This document shows positions 38,010 to 51,900 of a stretch of 64,000 nucleotides of DNA, one piece after another; within the stretch, counting starts at the first letter, position 1; every line of letters starts with the position of its first letter. This DNA comes from Stylophora pistillata (Eukaryota), in NCBI RefSeq assembly GCF_002571385.2, contig NW_019217805.1, positions 1,137,285 to 1,201,284 of the forward strand, read 5' to 3'. A program made the position numbers and the translations under genes. The notes below the pieces were generated by a model that saw only the letters and a list, made by a program, of their open reading frames with translations, searched no databases and had not been told where the DNA came from.

Positions 38010-38690
38010 ACAGGCCATTTCTGAATGACCCTCGACCTCCTTTTCAAAACGAGGCGTGGTGCTCAACCATTATTGCGAGAATGAGTTTAATTTGCATGTA
38101 AATGAAATATCCGTTAATTAACCAAGCGTGAGGTCAAGATGGCTGGACATTGGCCGAGTCCTTTTGGCGCATTTTTATGGACCGAGACGAAGTCGAGGTC
38201 CCTAAAAATGCGAAAAAAGAACGAGGCTAATATCCAGCCATCTTGACCGAACAAGCTTGGTTAATAAAGGATTTATTATATTGCAAGCGTATTTCGCTAT
38301 TTCAAGAATTAAGAATGACTTGTTTAGTTCGAGAGCCGGGTAAGAAAGCCAACTGTGTTTGTAGGACAACAAACTCACGAGAGTCGTTCCGGTTTTCTTG
38401 GTTTTGACTATCTTCAGCCGCTTTTTGCGATTCCATCGCTGACATTGTTCAAGAATTATGACCGTTGTTCTAATTCAATTTTTTCATGCACGGGATCAAT
38501 GCGGGCAATCCCGAGTGGGCAAGATGGGCCCATCTTGCCCGCTCGGGTAGCCAATAAGGACACAGGATTCGCACCATCTTGCCCACGGGCGCTGAAAGCG
38601 ATATAAGAAAACGTGTTACCACATGAAAAGATAAGCACCAGGACTCGCTTTTGAAAAAGAGGCTGAAGGTAATTCGAAAATGGGCTATTT
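38010..38690. repeat. Nested repeat elements in the RFX4 3' UTR region
   Basis: Outer element (cctccttttcaaaacgag / ctcgcttttgaaaaagagg inverted) split by the ttaaccaagcg family element at ~38110-38605. Confidence 0.5.
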
Positions 38691-40635
38691 AACTGTATAC
38701 CACTAAGATTTTATTAGTCGTAGTTTAAACTTGAATGATATTTTCCCGGAAATGTTCAGTATCTGCTGAACATGCATCATATTGCATATTAGAAATTATA
38801 AAGAAGTTCTTGTAGTAAATTTGGTGATATGACAATGAATGATGAAATCATATCAAAGTCAAAATGGATTCTTTGACTTGAAACTTGAATTTTACGGGGT
38901 TTAAAAATTTTTACCTCTGTGGATGAAATAATGTTACTCGGTTTGTTTGAAAATGATACTATTGTAGTCTGGACAACAACAGAAGTTGGTAAAGTAATTT
39001 ATTCACATTTTGTAGAATTTTGCTGGTAAAAAGACACAACTGAGATTACGATATTATTTAACAATACGATATTTTTACCAGCTTAAACACGAAGTGAGAG
39101 GAAACGGTTTTGGATAATTCTAGATGTTTTTCTTTACATACCAACTTCGTTTCCAAGGCCTTTCAATTAAGGGAACAGGCCCTGAGAACGAGGTTGACTA
39201 CATACGAGAGACGTTTTGGTAAAAAAAATACGAATCAATGTCATTAATCAAGCAACTCCACACCTACCCCTCCCCTAAAACAACAGCAGTCAACTTGATA
39301 ACAACTAATGGTTAATGTTGGGTTAAAGGTGGGGGGGAGGGTAGGTGCAGAGTTTTCAGATACCGTAACGTTCATGTAGCTTTGTTCGAAGCCGTATTTT
39401 GGGCTCGTAAGTTAATCATCTAGCTTACGAGGGAAAATTTCTTGCATGTTCGTAGATTATGCAATGTAATATATTTTATGTAAAAAATCAACTATCGCTG
39501 CAGCATCAAAGCTGTTTTTGAAATAATCTATCGATTAATAAATCAATTAATTTGAACGAAGTCAGGAGCCGGTCACAATTTATCGATTACGAGGGGGGGA
39601 GGGTCAGGAGATTCTGGCTGTGTCAGGTTAATATTAATCTGATCTACTCATAAGGCTTTGTAATTAATCTTATTACACCTCCCTCCCCCCTCCCCTCCCG
39701 CCTTATGGCAGTTAATTGATAGTCAATTTTTTATTTTACCCCATTGTACACTATTGGAGACTACAGATCCCCTCTCCGTTCCACCTGAAAACCATGTGCT
39801 CCCCTCAAAAAATCTCCCCTTCCCCCCACCCCTGCGATGACTAATAACTTGTTTCTTATGTTAATGTTTGTAGTGTCAAATGAATAGAAGTAAAACGTTT
39901 CTGGCGACCGCTTGTGCCGACAATAAGATAGGCTGTGTGCTCATTACCAGATGTAAAATATTTCATGTTGGACAAATAAAATGTTGAACTATTATAAGGT
40001 TTTAATGTTAAGAAATGAATCATCTTGGAGGGACGAATAAAAAAAACTTAAAGCAAGTCGCAGTTTTTAATGGATCATAACTGTTTGATATCGAGTGTGG
40101 TAGAAAAAATAGACAAACAAATAAAAGTGACATAACCACTTGTCATGAGTCACATATTACCAAACACATCTCGCGGATTCTTTTTCCTTGTAGTCTTAAG
40201 TCCACACGCGCGTAATCCAACAATTGCGAGTAGGGAGTGCTGGAAAATAACGAAGTCACGTGCTGAATAGTTCTTAAGCTTTTCTAGGAAATACTCAAAA
40301 TTCAAATCAAAAGAATGCAACTTTATCAACTTTATTAAAGCCTATAATATATTGTAGTAAACAAAGATTATTTTGTGCTAGCTTTGAATGAGTTATGTCG
40401 AGAACGACTGAAAATTCCTGCTTTTCAGCCTTTACAATTGACAGCGACTACCTTTATGAGGTAAGTTCAAATGCAAAGATTTTCTTCAAATAGCTTCTAG
40501 TGGGAGAATTTCATAATTATCCACAAATAACTTTCTTCACTTTTGTGTGCTCTACAGCAGCGCTTGTGTATAAAGAAGAGGCAATTCTCATCAAATTTAT
40601 AGTCTGCTATAATTCCAGAAATACTCTAGACAACC

Positions 40636-40961
40636 GCCCGGTTAGCTCAATTGGTTGGAGCGCTGGATTGTGTTGTGCGGGAGGTCGAGGGTTCGTGCCC
40701 CGGCCGGACCAATACTCATGGTCTTAAAAGAAGTGAGAAGAATTTGCTACCTTTCTATAATCAAGAAATGGATAGATATTCTATTCTTCTCAGATAAGGA
40801 CGAATAAACCGTAGGCCCCGTCTCCGGCAGGGTTAGGGGTAGGAGACGTTAATTTCCCACGCACGAGATTACTGTGTGGTGGATGTCCTCCCCTGGGTGG
40901 GTGTTGGCCCTGAAAAGCCCCTATCGGGAGTGGTCAATTAACCAATATATGTATGTATGTA
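40636..40961 (+). mobile_element. tRNA-headed SINE with (TATG)n tail
   Basis: A box tagctcaattgg, B box ggttcgtgcc, central aaggacgaataaaccgtaggccccgtc motif, 3' gaaaagcccctatcgggagtggtcaattaa followed by tatgtatgtat. Confidence 0.7.
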
Positions 40962-41509
40962 TCAAGAAATGAAAGAGTTTGGAGTCAAAGCATACGACAA
41001 AGAGAAAAAATAAGGGAACCTTTAAAAGCGCTTTGCTTCTTTTTTTCTGATTAATATGTACCGGAACAAGCTACATACTCATGCTGTATAGAACGTCTTA
41101 AACGACTATGAAATTACTTAAATATTCTATTAAATTTGGTTCTTTTAAACGATTTATCATCAAGAACTGACTGTATTCTTTTTATAACCATGTATATAAA
41201 ATGAAATGACGCTAAGAAGAAGAAAGGCTACAGCTAGCTAATATCTGGCGTCTACTTGGAAACGTTTTTGAAGTTCTTACTTATTACACTGGATGTGTTT
41301 TGCGAACGCATCAAACAAGCACGTGGAGAAAAAGAAAATCAAGTTGCAGCGGCATTTAGCTTCTCCTTCTGTTGTAGTTCTACCGAGTTTTTTTTTTTTT
41401 TTTTTCGGTGACAGTCTTCAGAGCGCACGGCATTCTTTCCTACGAGTGTTAGTTTTTTTTTTTACAAGAGGATAAGCTAATGTCAGTCCAAAGTCGAAAT
41501 GTATTCGTA

Positions 41510-41899
41510 TAGGGACCTTAAGCAAGCAGCGACGGCGACAACAACGAGTCGAGGACGTGGAAAAACTGACAAAAGATCAAATGAGCCGAACGATAGCTCA
41601 GCGCGTGCGTTTTAAAACTTTGTAAATTTCAGAGCCGTCCTCTGCAAAGCAACAACGTGATATCATTTTAATTGGCTTGGTCTGAGCACAGAAACTACGG
41701 CTGACGGCAAATTGTTCAAGTTGTTCAAATTTTTCATTTGGAACTGAACACTGCTAGCATACGTTAGGCTCAAGTTGAAGTGCGCCGCCATAAGAGACAG
41801 TTAAACATCCTGCCATTTAGAAAATTCTAACAAAAAGGATAAATTCATTTTTTTAACCTACGTTTTCTTCGGCTTCTTCTGACTACCTAAGGTCGCTAT
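41510..41899. mobile_element. MITE-like element with TA-flanked short TIRs
   Basis: tagggaccttaag ... cctaaggtcgcta termini. Confidence 0.5.
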
Positions 41900-42138
41900 G
41901 AACAGAAAGTGCCCATAATTCTCCTGGAGTGTGCTTTGTTGTCAGTACCATATGGGTGAGGATGTCTTTTGACGTGACCCTATCTACCACGCCGACGCAT
42001 ACCATTTGCCGATGCTGGTATAATTTACCAACCTTTTCCTCATTCAAGGTAAGTTCAACATGGTGCATTTGAGCAAATTTAAAAACAGTACTTGAACGCC
42101 AGCGTCAAAGTACCTCGAAATTCAGCAATCACGTTTAG

Positions 42139-45100
42139 TCATCTTCTCTTCCAAACAAAATCAAAAGATCTGGAAGTTGGTCTTTGTCCGTCACCTCGGC
42201 GATCCCGAGACAGCTGTGCCATGGATGTTTCCAAGTCTGCCAGTCTGTCGGAAAATTCTTCTCTTTGTCGTTTAATTTCCTCCATCAAATCTGCGCGTTC
42301 CCTCTCTAGGGTCGTTATCCTTTCTTCCAATTTAGCAAAAACTTTGCTCTTCACTCTTGGATCCGTATCAGTTCCGTTTTCACTTGCTCTGTTTTTATCA
42401 TGTTTGTTCGAAAGCAATGCGCTGGTCCTTCGTTTGTCATTCTCCAGACGTTTCTTAGCAATATTCTCGATTTTCGTCTTTATTTCCGAGTACTCGTCGA
42501 GCACCTCCATCAGATCGTTTTTAGACAAGCAAAATAACTCCGAATAGCCGACAGAGCGGACCGAGGCTGTTCGACGATTTCCGGCAGCACTCATGCACAA
42601 AACGCTTATATCGCCGAAGTAGCTACCGGCCTCTAACACAGCGTACACTTTGGTTCCTGTCTCTGACACCACCTCAAGCTTGCCCCTATTCACGATGTAC
42701 ATTTCTCGGCCAACCTCACCTTTCCTACAGACGTAATCTCCTGGAGAAAAAGGAAGCAGTTCAGAATTCGGAATAAATAGGGGGATTGGAAGGATTTTTC
42801 AAAGTTTAGGGATCGCAGTTACAAATTTCTTTGGGTGTGTAGGCCAGCTGTTATTCATCCAGCGAGAAAGTCCGGTAAATGAAGTATCTAGCAGTGGAAA
42901 ATATTTCATGCCATATAGCTTTTTGCATACCCGAAGTGTAAGATTTTTGTGTTATTGCGGTGCAGTTCTGTTGAGAGAGGTCTGCTCTTAGAAGGAACAT
43001 CAGTTTTTCAGAGCGGAGGCGCGGCTCGAGGGGAATGGTGCTGACTCCTGCTCCTTTTTAGATGAATTTCTTTTAGTCAAAAACTTGCAAATCTTATACT
43101 TCAGGAGTGCGAAAACATGGAAAACAGACGAATTTACATGGTTTTACCCTGTTCCTTTTAGATGAATTCCTTTAAGTCAAAAACTCACAAATCTTACACT
43201 GCATGGGGACGTTTCTCGAAAGTCCCGGTAACTTAACGGGCCCGTAAAGCTGTTCTGTTTTCATTCAAGATGGGGATTTAAAAATTTTTGAGAATGATAC
43301 AATAAAACTATCAGCTAAAGAAACAAAAAGGACTGGTTTATGTGCCAGAAACCGATTTCCTATCCTTTAAATTTTGATTTTAAAACATGACTTCGGGCTC
43401 GTTAAGTTACCGGGACTTTCGAGAAACGGGCCCTAGGCCCCGGTTGTTGGAAGAGCGGATAACCCCATCCAACAGATAAATCCCTATCCAGCGGATAAGT
43501 GATAGAAAAACGTACTGCGCAATCCACAGGATAGAAATTTATCTTGCGAATGGCGTTATCCATCCTTCGAACAACCGGTGCCAGGAGTACAAAAACGTGC
43601 AAACCAGACGAATTCACATGGTTTTACCATTTGATAATAAAGTTTAATTTTTAAAGTTTAATTTTCATAATTATTTTCGCGGAAATCACTAACTAACAAC
43701 TCATCCTTGGTGCAACTACGCATGAGCCGAGGATCATTTGCAGCGAAACGCAATTAACATGTACAACGCATGAGCAGTTTATTGTGAGCTGGTGGGCTCT
43801 CGGCCAATGAAAAGGAAGTAAATTACCTGGAGAGAACAACTGAGGACGGAGACGCAAGACCAGCTCGCTAAGAAATCCTGCTTCACAATCTTGAAATATC
43901 TCGACCTTTCTCAGCGAATCGAGATGAACGTGGATCGCCAACTCTGCCCTCAATTTATCCGGCAATGACTGCAAGAGTTCCTCTTCGTCTGGATGCTTTT
44001 TGTTCATCCACAGATAGTCAAACCATTTAATAACTCGCTGCTGAAGATGTTGCGGAATCTTGTGAAAACGCATGTAGGACTTGATCCCGTCCATCTTATT
44101 TTGGAAGTCCACCTTAGCAGCATTCTGATTGGTTATGATNNNNNNNNNNNNNNNNNNNNNNNNNNNNNNNNNNNNNNNNNNNNNGGGCGAGTTTGATTTG
44201 AAATCATAAGTATGATTTCAGACCAAAATTGCACGACACGAGGTTCAATTACCACTTTATTACATCCATTTTGAAATCACCCAAATACTGGACTTGGTCA
44301 ATTCAAATATTTTACTGATACAGAACTGAGCCGGTTTTAAAATAAAAAGTGGAACCTGAAACGTTTTTACATCTTATTTTGTATGCAAAACAGAAAGACT
44401 TTGACGTCATGTGTCAAAAACTCAGTCAAGTGTACAATGATGCGATTCAGAGCAAAAAATGGTGCGATTTGGAAATAAATCGCACCAATCAGAGCCAATC
44501 AGATTACAGGGACCACCAGTGATTTCAAAATGGAAACTCGATTTTTAAAAGATGTAATAAAAAAGCAAAATGTCGTTAATGTTGACGTCATCTATGCTTC
44601 TGTCCTGCAATAGATCATACATTATAACCAATCAAAATGGGTGTATAATTTAGCGTAAGGGATGATAACACTTGTCATCGCCAACTTTTTCGGTCACAAC
44701 AATTCAGCGCGCCTTACGTGACGCCCCTCTTACCGCTGTTCTTCCTGTTGTATCAACGGGCCGCGCGAAGTGAGGTACAGAATATATTGTTTATATAACC
44801 AAGATTTTAATACATACCAAAGCCGCTGAGGAAAATAACTTGCTTCGAAAAACGTAGTCCACAAAATTAGCTTTCAAACGAGAGTTTTTTCAAGAAATTT
44901 GGACAAATGACAGTCAAGATATCGCCATTCGAAAACAGGGGATTTTGCAGTTTTATCGTGGACTTCGGTTTGTTAATTTTCTGCTGTTTGGCGGCCAAAA
45001 ATTGAAGGGGCTGAAAAATCGCTCTGAGCTTCAAAATTTAAATTTTGAACCTGGAGAGGGTCTACTACAGAGGTCCTGTCCGGCAAATGGAGCACCTAGC

Positions 45101-48100
45101 TCTGGAAATGATTTATGCCATGCTGATGCTTCGGATTCACGCGTTTTCGCCACCTGAATTATAAGGGTTGTATGGAATATACCTTCGTTTTCGAGAGATA
45201 GTAAAAGGGAGGGTTTACCACACTCGTTTTATTGTTGTTTATTTTTTAACAGATTGCTTTTACTTGTAGTATCAATATCCCCGTCCGGGAAATTGAAAAA
45301 ATTTTTCATGATAGCGAATATTTACAATTTTTACGAGCCTTCCATACAATTCTCTTTAAAATCGGCAGCGATGTTTACAGACATTTTGTTATCAAACCGC
45401 CTGCCTACCGCACGCTCGTGACCGGAATAGTTGGCGATGACATCTCTTTGTTAAAAAGAGTTAACAGAGCTTCAACTTAGGTCTTATGAATGATACCCAA
45501 CTTACCTATTAAATAGTCAATTGTGACGATAATAAATTCCAAATTAGAATCCGGTGGTGGAACCTCACCAATCGTAGTTAACGTTAAAGTTGACCAATAA
45601 AAGGAATAGATGTATTTCCTCGTGAGAGACCTGTGCATTTCAGTCATATTAGCGTTCTCCTTTAATCCGGGGTATACCCAGGAGTCCTTTCCAAATCCAA
45701 TTTTACGCGACACTATAAAATATATACAAGCGTTCCAGTGGATTATGACCAGAATAAATTGCATCAGGGACGCAAGTCTGAACAGGTTTGGGTAGCTTGT
45801 CCTGCTCTCCGTACGGTCCAGAAAAAGCCAGAACCGGTGATACTTGATAAGACGATTCATGCGAATAGCTGGTTCGTGTGCGATGAAAATGTACGCAATG
45901 TCCAACGGGATTACAGATGCGGCGTCCATACAAAACTTCGATGTTCGAAGGTAGTGGCGCCTCATTTTTTTTATGTCTTTTTGCATGATACCATCTTCCA
46001 TGTAGCCTGTTCTGGAGCTGACGAAGATGTCAACAACGTACACGATGTCGCAGAGATAGTCGATTACTATCCAAATATAATGGTGTTTCTTGTGGAGTTC
46101 GGGGAAAGATGACCTTAATATAAGAACCCATGAATTGTACACAACTGCTAAGGACACTATTAAGAGCCAGTAATAGAGTCTGTCACCTGCAACGCAGAAA
46201 ATGAAGAGGAAACGAAATCAGTAATTTCATTCAATTTTTTTTTAATTCCAAACGTCGGATGCTGCTTTACCTCATTTCGACTGAGGAAATAAAAACAATA
46301 CAAAATTGCTCATTTTTTGAAGCACTCTTATTATGTGAAAGGAAGGACTTGGGCGGAATTACCCTAATGATTGGGAATAGTTTTAATCGAAAATGGAAAA
46401 TGAAAATGGAATGATTATCAAATTACAAGAGTACTGAAAAAAAGCACGAAAGCCCATGAGAAACCACAGGGCTTTTAAGCGATGGGCTCCCCCTTAATTT
46501 CGTGCCCAGACCTTCCACAGCCAAGCAGTTGTTTAAGTCCGTACATTTCAGCGACACGGTAGGATCTGAGTACGAGCAAATATCCCAAGCACAGTTTAAT
46601 TAAAGATTCAAAAGCAACGAGTCGATAGTAGAATAGAAAATGAGTAGAACTAAAACGTTATTTTAAATCACTTTGATTATCTTTGGATGTCTTCATTTGA
46701 AGCTTCTCTGTAGCACCCCAGGGAAAATAATTGTTGAGTGCCCCCCCCCCCCCCCTCCTCAAACTCCTACCCTTTTCCTGAGCATTTTATTTTGCGGAAG
46801 TTAAAGCTCACTCAGCATGGAGCAGATGGCAGATGAATGATCCATAATAATATTTTTATCTCCGTCTAAACAGTGGTTTAAAGCAAAAGTTTTTCTTCAT
46901 TTATCTACCATTACCTGGCTCAAGGAAGGCAGCAAATGGTCCTACGATCATAACATGATTTTGCAAAACATTTCAAGGAAGCAGCAAAAGAGGTGATATT
47001 CCAGATGTAGTATATGTTGTTCGCTCTTTGGATAAACACTCCTTCCACATAACTTAATATAGCCATCAGGCGAATAACCATTTTTTATACCTTCTGCATT
47101 AAAGGACATTCGAATGAAGTAATTCACTGATTACGCTCGAAAACAAACTTAAAATGTATTTTTTTTTACAAAAACAAAATCGCAACCGAAATGAAATTAC
47201 AAAACTGTTTTGTGAATGATAAACAGTAGTATTTTGGGATTATCTAACGCATGATTAAAATTCAATTTAAAAGTTGGTAGCCACGGCTATATTGTGTCTG
47301 GCCAAACAGAAATTTGCAAAGCAAATTTGAAAATCCATCCGGTTCTTTTGGACATTTTTTGTTAGATCTTCTATTTGATATAGCGGCCGTTTAGCTATCA
47401 GACCACACTAACCACTACATCTTACGTCTCTGTTACTCGATTTAACCAACACTGATCAACAACATTCAAGAAACATATCTCTTATCAGTTCGATTAGTAG
47501 TTTTATATAAATTTCAACAACCTAAGGTGATACTTTCAGCGTTTGTGAGGAATTAAAATATGATTTATTATAATTATTTTCTGTATTTTTTTTGGCACAT
47601 TTAACATAGAAATAAGTATCCAGGACTCCAGAAAAATATACGAACAGAGAGTGCCGGGGCCGATGAAAAGTGATCTGAACGGCTACGAAAGATCGTATTG
47701 AGGTAATCTTTAAATATGAGCCGAACATATGGTATACTTAGGCTCTATTTTGTATTTATTTTTTATTGACTAAGGAACGATTTTCAATTTGATGTTGTTG
47801 TTTGAATATAAAGATAACTAGATATCGTCTCAGGACCTAAGTCAGTTAGCAACTCTTCGGGATTTTAACCCGATGAGAACGATTTTTTCTATTTTTACTC
47901 AGTGAATCATCAAATCAATGAAATAAAATTTTTTCCTGAGCCTAAAAATTAAGTTACTTCTTTAAAAAAATAAATAAATAGAAAAAAAAAATTAACGAAA
48001 AAAGTTGAAATCAACATGAGTGATTTTACGAGGTAACTGTTATAACTCTGTTTACCTCCAGGGTCGAAGAATCTTAACCAGCCAACTTTTGTTTCTCCAT

Positions 48101-48983
48101 CGCCGAGTAACCCAACTGAAGGGATCCTTACTCGGTTAAGGAACGCTTTTTCGGCCTCACTATATCTTCGACCTCCTTTATACCAGTACCGGAGTAGTCG
48201 CTTGTGGCGAATGTCTGCGTCCTCTTCCTCGCTGAAAGTGTCGGTGTTTGCCGAAAAGCGAACCTTTGATGTCCTGTTTGCCGTTCCTTCGTTCATTTTT
48301 CTATCGTTTTGCGTGTTGGGTGGATCTGAAAAAGGAGGAAGAGAAAGCGGTTATTTACAGGTACGTATCTGAGATAGGCTTCAGTGAAGCTGCGCTCATC
48401 GGCATCTTGTAGATATCTGCTTTTAAAACATCATTTACTTGAAGAGGAAAGATTCTGCTGCAATAATTTTGACGCGAACTTGCTTCTAGTGGGTTCGTTT
48501 ACCGCCGGTCAAATTCATGAATATTATTGAAACTGGTTGTCAAATGCCATTTAAAAGTCATGCTCTGAGAGCATCAACGGGAAACCCTCTGGTCTTTAGA
48601 CATGTTAGACAACTGACAGCGAGAAGGCTTACAAAACTGACGAGTGAAGAGGCGGAACTTGCGCGCAGTGAAAACTTAACTTTGATCTGCCGACTATTCA
48701 GGCCAAGTTTCTTTTTGTTTAAGTGTGACAGTAATAAAAGAGGAATTTGGCATTTTTTCTTGAGTCTTAAACAAAGGTGCACTTAAGCGAGGATAATTAC
48801 GCACGAGTATAACAAGCTGATTTCAATAGACCTCCTGTCAAAACCGAAAAGTTCTCCTACCACGAAATACTTTTCTGTTTAATCCAAACAAAATGAACTG
48901 GGTTTTTATGAAGACAAAGCAAAAGGTTAGTAAAGACACAAGCGAGCAAGTAAGTTTATTGATTCACCTCTACGGTTTGTCAT
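42139..48983 (-). CDS. Cyclic nucleotide-gated cation channel, alpha-type (CNGA-like) subunit
   Basis: Exons 48983-48968 (putative ATG), 48325-48056, 46186-45506 (S1-S5, pore [16 protein letters not shown], start of S6), ~44139-43827 (5' end lost in N gap; C-linker [21 protein letters not shown]), 42740-42139 ([24 protein letters not shown] plus C-terminal coiled coil/leucine zipper). Confidence 0.92.
43205..43582. mobile_element. Two adjacent MITEs inside a ~100-bp tandem duplication in a CNG intron
   Basis: 43205-43432 TIR cgtttctcgaaagtcccggtaacttaacg / cgttaagttaccgggactttcgagaaacg; 43436-43582 TIR ccggttgttggaag / cttcgaacaaccgg; host repeat ..cagacgaatt(t/c)acatggttttacc at ~43125 and ~43605. 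Confidence 0.7.
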
Positions 48984-51900
48984 AATTTTCTTTATGCAAT
49001 TCTAATCCAACCGGATAAAATTCTGTATCGTGAAATTTGTATACTTTTCGATAGTAACCTACCTAGAGGAGAGGCTACTGACAGGAAAGATATATTAATT
49101 CAACTTGTAGTGGCATTGGCATTTGCATCAAATTCACAAAGCTAGAAAGGGAATCCGCCTTTGCTATAATAAACAAACACACCCTACACTAAACAATGTA
49201 CATGTTCGAGCAAAGTAGGCTGCCAAAGTAAAATATATCTCGCTTGTCATAAGCAAGATCTTGTTCCCGAGGTCAGATCGTTCTCTGTCTTTTTCCAACT
49301 ATTTCTAAAAATAAGTCTACTCCAATTTTCCGTTGACTTCCTCGATCTATCTCTCTGCGTGCTTTTAGCGACGCAGATCTCATCCATTCACAGCTAGTGT
49401 TAAAAGTAGACTTGATATTTGAGACGAAAGTAAATGAATGGCTTAGTCAGCGAATTGAGTGAAGGCATCGAACATAATCTGCGCATGTACATGTATCCTG
49501 CAGCTGTTACTACAGCTGATAGCGTCAAACTGCGCAAGTCTGGCCATAGCGGCTAAAAGGTGATTTTCATCCATGATCTTAAGTCATTACAAAATTTATG
49601 GTTTTAACTTTTGCAGAACCCGTTTTAAGATAGTGCATAAGTAATCTCGGTTCGCTTACCACGGCTGTCAAGTTCAAGGTTAATCCTGTTTATCGCATTT
49701 AAAATTATTACTCGCTAATAGTGAGAAAAAAGTAGATTATGGATTTTCGTTTTGTTATCGGAGGACATCTTTTGTCTCCATATCGAGGTCAGGTTGAGAA
49801 GTCCTCTCACGAATGACCGGGCATTTTTGGCGAGGAACATTTTTCGAATATTTACAAAAGCACTCGTCGTTCCTCCCTGTTTTTTTTTTGTTTTGTTGCT
49901 TTTTACTCTGAGATCTTTTACATCGCTACCTCTTTTTTTTTAAATTGCCCGTCAGTGTTTACTAACGAAGGCAATAATAGTAAAATGCGAAATAATTAAG
50001 TGAATTATTCATGCGTTTGGTACGTTTTTCTATACCACGAAGAATCGAATAAGTCGTTAACGAACTGACAGCGTAGTTCATAAATTACACTTAGATTACA
50101 ATCAAATATCTCGACCAAGTGAGAAATGTTCAGCATATTTTCGAAAAGAAAGGGGGTGAATCTTAAAAAGATTCCCTAAACTAAGGTCGAGTAATTTTCC
50201 TGTAGAAAAAAATATAACCTCTCGAAAGCATGATAAAATTTTGACGCAAAAATAGCATTCTGACTTTTATCGTGTAAACTGTGAAAAACAACATACCAAA
50301 GTATAGCCCGTTGTTCTATTTGCATTTTCGCTGCGGTTAAGGTAGTCACATCTTGGAGTTTGTAAGTCAAAATAACTTTGAGTAAATATGTTTCTTTTAC
50401 TTTCGTCTTTTCCTTTCCAACGAAAGAATGTGTCCATACAATTTAAAGGAAAGCAATGCTAATGTTCTCGCGACCATGAGGACAAACCAGGCACTGGGCG
50501 CCGCGAAGAAGAGGTCTAACGTCACGTTCGTAAAATCTCTGTGGATAGCTGTTTTATCAAACGAAGAAAATCGATCTCACAGATTGAGTGGCAGCGCGCG
50601 CAGCTGCTAGCAGGCATTGCTGGCGTTTGCTCATTCTATTAAAGTTTACTTATTCTGCCTCTGCATGAAAAATTCATAAGTTTGAGAGATTGTTGTGATA
50701 AAAAATCCATCATTTAACCATGGAAAGCTAAAAGAATAGTTTGGTTCTAACCAGATTGAATAGCCATGAATAAGCAATTCTCAAGCGAAGTAGGCATTTT
50801 TAAACGTTTTTCGACGACTTTATGGTTGTGTGCGCTCCAGAGAGTGAATCTACGATATCTTTTCGAATTTTTATTTGACAGAGAACTTCGCATTGATTTA
50901 ATCGATTTCTCGCAAGAGGTAGAAATTAACATATTCAAACATATACGCTAAGCAGAGGAGGTTCGGCTAATAACAGCAATAAATTTCCTTTACAGCAAAC
51001 TGAATTAAATATCACCAAGTCTATATTGAGCAGTTTTGGCCTCAATCCGGAGAGAAATGCTTTCGACGCGGGAAATCAAATTGTCACAAAAAAATTCTCA
51101 ATCACTTCCAGGAAAACTGATTTGCTATAGATGACAAAAAAGGCCTTAAATTGAGGTGAGAAAAGTACTTAATGGCTTCCAAATTTCATTGTTTTCTCTT
51201 TATAGCAGGATAAGAGGCTGATGTCAAAAAAAAACGCATAGGGAACTTGTAATATACCTGGAAAACCAATTAGTAGCGCATCCTTACGATATAGATTGCT
51301 TTTGCAGATTTTAATCCCCCGTATTATGAAATTTTTGGATTAGTTTCAGTTGGAAAAGAGAGAGCAATTTTCAAGATTGCACTCGATCGAAATAACCACC
51401 GAGAAGGCGCCCCGGGCGACAGTCAAATACAAAAGTAATTTTTTCAGGTGTTTCAAAATTGAGCATAAACTAAAACCGATACAAAACGCTTTCTCTGTCT
51501 TGGACAATGAACTGATACAAAAAAAAACTCCCAACCCAAAAACAGCGGAAATTAAAATTTTATCAGATTCAATTTCGACCTCAGAGGGAGTTTTGTAGAA
51601 AACACTGCTTTTAGCGTAGATAAGATGCGATAAAAACCATCGGCGTACCTTTTGCTTTCATGACCCGGAGCGATATATTCGATGTCAAAACTTCGCGGGA
51701 GGAAGTTCCAGTGTCCTCAGTCAATGTATAATTTTGTCAACATGAACTAGTGAAACACTCTCCAGGGTTAATCCGTGTAAATATTCGGAACCTTCTGCTT
51801 AGCAGCCGCATCTAATTTACTTGATGAGTTGCGGCTTTAGTTTACATTCAGCAAGTGGTGATTCTTCTCGTGTTTGACACCCAAGCGCCAAGTTTTACCG

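Noticed and set aside
44140-44184. Apparent loss of part of S6 in the first CNG gene
   Set aside because: Missing codons and acceptor coincide with an N gap; not evidence of pseudogenisation.
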